Positions 56,929 to 64,000 of a stretch of DNA of 64,000 bases are shown in pieces. A program made the translations under genes and the position numbers. How positions within the stretch are numbered: the stretch's first letter is position 1; every line of letters begins with the position of its first letter. The notes beneath the pieces were generated by a model. It saw only the letters and a list, made by a program, of their open reading frames with translations. It was not told the DNA's origin and did not search any database. The DNA lies in assembly GCA_010093815.1 (NCBI GenBank), contig ML996568.1, one strand, 5' to 3'. The stretch comes from Pseudovirgaria hyperparasitica (lineage: Eukaryota).

Positions 56929-59556
56929 GTCTGATGGTCTTTTCTACGCCGGTACGAATATAAGCCCTCTAAGCTCCAAGCACCGAACCTTTCGCCTTCC
57001 CTGCGCGCGAAACACTCTTCTAGCCCTCTGGCCACTCCACCCCCGCTCACAGAGTCAGCAAGGAAGAGCAATACTCTTCGACAGAGGATGCTCATCGAGC
57101 TGTACTCACAATGGCTCATAGTGCTCTTTATGCCGTCTAGAAATGTTCGAATTGGAGCGACACGTGTCGGCATACTTTGCTTCGTGGTGAACCTGTAATG
57201 CTGTTACTCTTGGACCTCGACGCCTAGAAAAGGGGATATTAGTCTGTATTTCCTGTTACTCTGTTTGGTACATGGTATGGGGTTGGTCTGGCTCGCATTC
57301 GGCTGCGTGCGTGTGAAGATCAGGAGTAACGGAAATCTTGCCCATCCTAGGCTGCTTGAATGTGAGTAGGCAGGAAGAGAGCCAAGAGGGCGACCGGGTA
57401 CTAACAGCAGTCTTAGTAGCGCCGAGTGTTGGATCTGCCCTCTTGCTGCGAGGTCGAATTATCGCTAAGTTGTGTTGGGAGAGGCTTTCCGCTTGTTGAT
57501 TCTGAGATGCGGGACGCAAATAGTCAGGGAGTAACTGGGATAAGGATCTCGTACTCAGCGCGACAGAGAGTATAGAAGCTTGCGATACTCGATTTGCTGT
57601 TGGCCTACAGAGAGACCGACTTGTAATTATGATCAATAGTAGAAAGGTGGATGCCGATGGTTGCTTGGGTTGCACGGATGTGTCCAAAAGTACAGGAAAC
57701 GAGTTCCTCTGTGGGCTCCAAGTCGGAAAAGTGCTGTTGCTGTGCTCTGCCTAACAAGGGGTGTGTGCATTGTGAAACCCTGACAACTGTTGTTTGCTTG
57801 AACGGCTATAAGTCCGTGCGTACGTTCTGTATATCCGTAGCTCATGCTGACTTGGCTTGCTTTAAATCCCTTCACGGCATCGTCGCCTTTGAATTGTTTT
57901 AGCGTACCTTCCGTACTACCTTCATCTTCTATTTCTCTTGCTGCTCAGCTGAGATGTCACAAATTACATCATATACAGTGTGATCACCTCACAAAAAACG
58001 ATAGCTGCTTGCTGATCTGCAAGGGGAGTCTTATCCAAGGATCTACACGATAACGTCCAAAGATGATCTTGCGACCAGCAACATCAAAGGACTCGCGTCT
58101 GCTGTATCTCACCCATCTTCAAGTCGCAATTCTAGCCTGTCCAAGGACCAAGGTGGATGAGCTTCTCCTCTCTCCAGGTGAAATTTAAGCGCGGTAGATC
58201 CGTCCCATTCAACTGCCCTACTCGAATTGATCTCCTCGTGCTTCTGATCCTTGACCGTTCAGTCACCGGGTCTAGTGAGCATGGCTAACCCGTGTCATAT
58301 CCAGGGCATCCATTCCATGACTACGAAGACTCGCCATGTAGCGAGCTGCTGTAGCTAATCTGCTTTGGCTGAACTGGTAGGTACGGTCGCAAATTAGGAT
58401 GGTACAGGTTGTGTGTCGATTCGAAATCAGTATCATGATGCACGCTTTCTGCCAGTTACGTCCTACTGTGCAGCTTACACAAAAGGAGGACTGGTTAATT
58501 CTATAAGGTGTGTATGGAAAGGAACTCATGGAATGCAGGTATATAATAGATGTAAGAATAAAGAGCAAGAGGAGGCTGGAAGATTAACGGCAAGGAGTCG
58601 AGGCGTTGGCTCTTGACATGACACAACCAAGGTGAGAACCTCAGGTATTACCAGACTGGTCTATGATACATCAGGGATGCGAGATCTACTGGAGAATTAC
58701 GAGTCTCTGGCGGGAGTTCATTATATCAAATCAGGCTAGTTAATGATTTGTGCACCTCTTGATATTGTGGTCGTGTAAAATCGTGTGTGCGATGTGACGT
58801 AGGCTGCCCGGGAACTTTGAAGCTTCACGGGGGGCCAAAGAGATCCCCAGATGGTGCCAGACTCCTTGAGTGTCAATTACCTTGATATAGTAATCAAAAG
58901 ACGAGTACTAAAGTCCCACTGCTTTGTATCTCTCTTCCTGGAAAGCTAACATGCCGAAGTAAAGAATCAGTAGCTGATGTCCATGGCCCTGGGACACGTC
59001 CAAGATCCTCACCCGCACGCAAGGATAAAAACAAAAAGAGGTGTACCGCTGGGAGCTTGAACCCGGAGCCAAAAGCAAAAAAAAATGTTGTTATCTCTTT
59101 GATTAAGTCATAGTCATCCTTGTGCAGGGGCAATGCTAATCTTCTCTGTATCGTTTCATATTGATCAAATGCCCGAAGGCGAAGGATTGTAGAATAAAAT
59201 AATATATAAAGGCCATGAGACGTGGTTGTAGTGTGGGTGGGGATCGAAACTTGGGACTAGCGCTGTTGTGAAGTCCTGCCAGGTACGCAGTTCTCATGTC
59301 ACTTGCACGGGCCCCTACTTCTGCACTTCTCTCCTCATCCACCATCTTCTCTCCCCTCCAAAATATCGAAGAGAGATCTGATTTCTCTCTACCTGCAAGT
59401 CTTACTCTACTAGATTCTCTGTCCTTTCAAGTGTGAGCTAACTCTAAGAAGCATCTACAAGATAAAAGCATACCAAGATCCCACCAACTCTCACTCAACA
59501 AGTTCGTTCTCTAATCCTCACATCTATAGATCCATTCAAGCTAAAGAAATCCTAGA

Positions 59557-60141
59557 ATGGACTCCAGGGCGTCAACCCCGCTGTCTGATATCGACGAGGC
59601 CATCATTGCAGCCGGAGATCCCTCAACAAAACATGAATCTCCTGCTCAGGGAGAACGCGAAAAGGGACCGGGAGGTAAAACTCCACTCGTAAGTAACCTC
59701 AATGATGCACAGAATAGTAGTACCAAGCACAGTGAACAGCCGTACTCTCACCTTTCAATACCTTACTATCATATCTCCTGGAGAAGGTCTGCCTGTTTCC
59801 GAGGCTTGCTAACGTTTATGGTATCTAGGTCGTCGCGTCAAAGGATTCTAAGACGCAGGATGCGGAGGAAAAGAATGTGTTAAACAGAAAATTTGATTAC
59901 ACGGAAGTGGATAAGAAGAATATCCTACCGGATGGCTTCAAGCGCCCTAAGCCGCCTCTCAGGGGCGATCTTGTTTCAGGCATGGCAAGCGATAAAGAGG
60001 TGAGACTTCTCTAATACGGACGTTTACAGGTGCTAAAGATTTTGATAGGTCGCACGTAGTGGCACTGATGAGGAGAAAAGATGGGTTGAGCGTAAGAACA
60101 GTCGCCTCACCGGTCAGGGCAGCAGCTCAAAGCGCCAGTAA
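59557..60141 (+). CDS. Small charged, probably disordered hypothetical protein (~130 aa); exons 59557-59688, 59829-59999, 60049-60141
   Basis: ATG follows a CT-rich leader. Introns GTAAGT..GCTAAC..TAG and GTGAGA..GCTAA..TAG give a continuous frame 'MDSRASTPLSDID...KTPL|VVASKD...YTEVDKKNILPDGFKRPK...DKE|VARSG...KRQ*'. Confidence 0.6.
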
Positions 60142-63100
60142 GTCGACAAGTCAGATGCTAGGTGCTTGGAGGGCGCAGCTACATGGTCATTTCATGTCAA
60201 CAATTGTTGGGCCTGCAATTACTCTATGATTGTTTGAACAATAAGGACATCTGTGAGCAGTTTGGTGGGAAAGGGATAGTCATTTGCAGAGAATGCGAGA
60301 TACTCGGACCAGACCCGGCGAGCTTGAAGCTTGCCACCTTACAATGGAATATATCTGCATCTATGGCATAATCTTTATGACTCCAAGTTTTCTGTGACAA
60401 ACAGTGTATCTACCACGCGTGTGCCTTTACACGCCGTATTGAATATTTGAGTGTTGTCCGTGCCCAGTCAAATCTGGCCGACCTCTGAGCTTTTCCTTTC
60501 CTCCACCAACATTTGCTCCATCTCTACCTTAATGCATCGCCGCCTGTTGCCGCCTTACCGCAGCGCTTGCTCTTTTTACTAGGCACGCTCCCCTTGAATG
60601 TGAGTGCTTCAAGCATCTCGAAACTCTGACAGTACTGCCTCAAGAAACGAAACATCTCGAATCTCTCGACCGAGGTCATTTGGACTCTAAAGTATCTCAT
60701 GGTAGTACCTACACTGATCCTAGCAGCTCTCCACCGTATTGGAAGACTTCCAGCAAGCAAGCCTGTCCTTTCCTTTTGCTCTTGTGCGATTCTCGTCACG
60801 GACTTTGCTCGAAACAAGCTTTACAATCACTAAAACCATCACAGCATGGAGGAATATGCGACGAAGTATTCTTAAGACCTACTAACAGCCGCAGGTTGGT
60901 GACGGAGCGTAGCTCACTCGTTAGGAAGTATTGTAGAAATGGGAAACAGACAGTGAGTGTAATCTACATCTCACTGAACTTGCTAACACCTATTCTTGCC
61001 GTGCGAGCACGTCTGCTGGAGAACAACCAAGAACAACCTCGGCCAGTCTACCGCCGAGATCCGCCATCAAAAAGAGACAGTCTTTGCGACTGGCGGTGGT
61101 AGACTCTAAGCTGCAGCGAAACACAATCGTGTAGCACATATCCATTGGTATCAGGCCTTGTCATACTAACTTCCTTGCAGAGACTCGTTTGAGGCATTCC
61201 GTTCGGCGTAAGATACATATGACTGGAAGTGTCACTACAATTAACATTGTACATGACCGGATCGCGGTAAGAGAATATGCAACCTTACGAAGCTTAAAGA
61301 CATCGACAACACCACAGGGGACGGACAGCCAGCTCTTCAAATCGAGTAATTTGACCTTCGAGTACTGTAGTGGACACTCCCTAATATCTCCGCTTTTTGG
61401 ATAGAACACGCGAGCACAGCAACGGCCGTTTGCCGACTTCAAGCGGACGTGTGTTCTCTCTTCTAGTAACACCCTAACTCTCTGTAAGTCTGTAAGTGTC
61501 TCACAATCCTTCCACCGAGATGCCTATACTAACGATATTTCAAAGCATCTCGAAAATATTAGGAACACACATAACCATACCCCAACCTCCTACACAAAAA
61601 TCACAGCTTTCCTGCCCCCATTGGGAACCAATCCAAACCTCTCGCCGTCCTCTCTCCTACAGCGCCCTGCATACATACAGATAACTAGAATGGGTCAAGG
61701 TAATATTGTTACAATACATAAAAGGCTACACAACAGACCATGCATCTGCTTCGAAGAGCCTATAGCTAGAAAAGAATGGCACCTGTGCCGCAGTGTAAGT
61801 GCTGAAGCGCACCCGAACCGTCACCCACAACAAACACTCGCACCGCATAGGCCGCTCTGCTACACAAGTAAACATCTTCTAGGCATTCATCAAGGACAGT
61901 TGTAAGAGCCATGCCGGCCAAACTACCAGCGTGCAGTGCCAAACCCAGCGGAGCCTCAGGGGGGGTGGTAGGTCGAAGGAGTCCGCCACACACAGCCTAT
62001 AAAAGAACAAGAGACCGACTCACACAGGGCAGACTGTAATACAGCGCTATACTCCCATTCAAGATGCTGTGTATTCCCTCGAATACTAGCATCCGCACGA
62101 GAGTGTCCACACCGACTGGCAAACCCAGCCCGGCACATGACTACCAAGCAGACTGAGCAATACCTTGTACATGTATCACAACTCGATGAAGACTGATGAA
62201 TTGTTTAGCTCGCTACCTCCCACTGAGTCCTGGATAACAAAGTTAAAGAGCGGAGTGGGTATATTCCGTGGCGGGACGAAAGAGACGGCATGGAAGGGGT
62301 TGAGCATCACTCACTCGTCATGTCAAGCATGACGAGCTGCTGGGCACATTGATCTACAGTGTCTCAGTATCTGTGAGTAGATGTAGAAACTTGCGACCTC
62401 TATGCGTGTCACTGTTTTTGAAACTCCTAGCATCCAAAAGCCTCGGTCGTCGAACTAGGTAAGTCCTCCAAGGGCATACATCTCAACATCATAGCGTAGC
62501 ACGGTGGGACATGGACACGCTTCTTCCTAAGAGACCCCAGAGCGCCGACAGAACAGATACATCAAGACCACAACGACTGCCTCCTTCATCTGCGTACCGC
62601 CCGCCACATCGCCGCACCCGCCATCCCATCCTACCTTCCGCCTCATATATCCACACTCCTCAAGTCAAAACGGTATCTAGCTAGGTACGTACAACAGAAC
62701 CCAATCCACCTAAAAGCGCGTGCATAATGATGATTCATATATTATGTTGAGTTCCATGAGAGATATTTCTTCGTTCTGATAGTGCGGTTACTTATTAGGA
62801 AGTGGATTGGATTTGTGTTGGGTTGCTTGCTAATGGTTTCTATAGTCCGTCGATCATGGGGAGGTGGAGTAGGGATTGGTGTGATGTGGTGTAGGGATGA
62901 TGTACGGTGGATGGGATGCTAGGTTGGTGTTTTGAGAGAGCATGAAAGGAGGTTGGTTTGGTGTGATGCCGGGAGTGGATGCGCTTGGCTACGCACACCC
63001 TATCTTTACTATTTAAGGAACTGACTCTTGATATAGTATAATATATAAACGAAACAAAATCCTCTCCACGCCTCAAGATCCCATAAATTCAAGACTTCAC

Positions 63101-63257
63101 TAGTCTGATTCCTCCGCTCACACCCTCATCCTCATACCTCCCACATCACCACCACCAAACCCACAAGTCCAACACAGTCCACACACAACCCCCCAAGCAC
63201 TATCCAGCCACCACCTCCCTCTACAACTACATACAATATAACACGCTACACATCTCC

Positions 63258-64000
63258 TCACACCCCACGCCTCGTAAGACCATAAAAATCCCTCCGCTGA
63301 GCCTCCGTCACAGGCGGCGCATTAACACCCGGGAGACGCAGGGCCGAGAGACTAGATATAATGCTATGCACAGCACTACCACGAGCGCGAGTCTAGCAGT
63401 TGTCAAGAGGCGGCAGGCGAGAGGAGGGGCGCGTACCTACCTACCGGCTGATGAGCAGGATCGTGCGCGTGGTACCGACGTTTTCGTCTGCGTGGGTGGA
63501 CATGTATATTGTCATAGGATGCGTCGGCATGGCGCTCGGTGGATGCGGTGTATCGTGTCGGCGTGCTATCCTCATACACGAACCTAGTCCTGCCTCGCTC
63601 GTCGCGGTAACTGTGGCTTTGTGCATCTCGTCTGTGTCGTGCGCGGCCACGCTGTCTGTCGGACTCGGTACCACTCTCTGCGTATCCGTGCTCGTATCCT
63701 TCGTCCTTGCTCGCGCGGTCTTCATTTTCACCCGTCCCACTGCCCTGCTCACTGCCACCGCCCCTGCTCGCTCTCTCCTCCTTCTTCTGCGCATGCCGCA
63801 CCTTATCTACTTCCCATGCCACTGTCTCGCGCACAAACGCGCCTAGCCCCTTTCTTACGCTGAAGCGCGGCGGTGAAGGCCTCTTATACCGTCTGCTTCT
63901 GCGGCGGCGGCGGTGCTGTCGAGATTGTGTCACGAACCCATCGTCGTCGGCGGAGTGGGGTTGAATAGGGCCTGTGGCGCGGGGGTCGTCGGCGGCGAGG
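63258..64000 (-). CDS. 3' portion of an Arg/Ser-rich hypothetical protein (start outside window)
   Basis: The frame is open from the window edge (LAADDPRATG...) through 63403. A probable intron GTAGGT..TTGAC..TAG (~63444-63393) adds a last exon ending at TGA 63258. Confidence 0.55.

Noticed and set aside
57651..57902. Cys-rich 83-aa ORF (CCCC...CVHC) as a possible metal-binding peptide
   Set aside because: No signal peptide, no recognisable Zn-finger spacing and no complete intron signals.
60400..62500. Scattered 60-140 aa ORFs
   Set aside because: No family motifs or coherent splice model.
44000..63000. An intact transposon or Starship-type element explaining the accessory region
   Set aside because: No transposase, reverse transcriptase, RepHel or tyrosine-recombinase ORF, and no terminal repeats were recognised.

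Overview
Eukaryotic DNA from a filamentous ascomycete (Pezizomycotina, most likely a Dothideomycete), judged from short GT-AG introns with CTRAC branch points and a class II hydrophobin. The left part (1 to ~44 kb) is mostly conserved genes: VPS39/VAM6 (5'-truncated), RFC5, PRM1, a hypothetical protein, a divergent TauD-dioxygenase/MFS-permease pair, a Ser/Pro-rich protein, a TMEM184/HFL1-like gene head-to-head with CSF1, a secreted zincin-like protein lacking HExxH, xanA, a conserved membrane protein and ARH1. The right part (~44-63 kb) is gene-sparse and accessory-looking: a BTB protein, a secreted chitin deacetylase of basidiomycete/mucoromycete type, a class II hydrophobin, a divergent FAD2-family desaturase, a small charged protein, TpA-rich relic-like DNA, and the 3' end of another gene. 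The most unusual non-genic signal is a tandem pair of ~62-nt hairpins just downstream of xanA. Their outer arms are near-identical, their inner stems differ in sequence but both base-pair, and G-U pairs favour the xanA mRNA strand. This is either a candidate structured 3'-UTR RNA element or stacked Helitron 3' ends. Exon boundaries were read by eye and family calls come from remembered motifs, not database searches.
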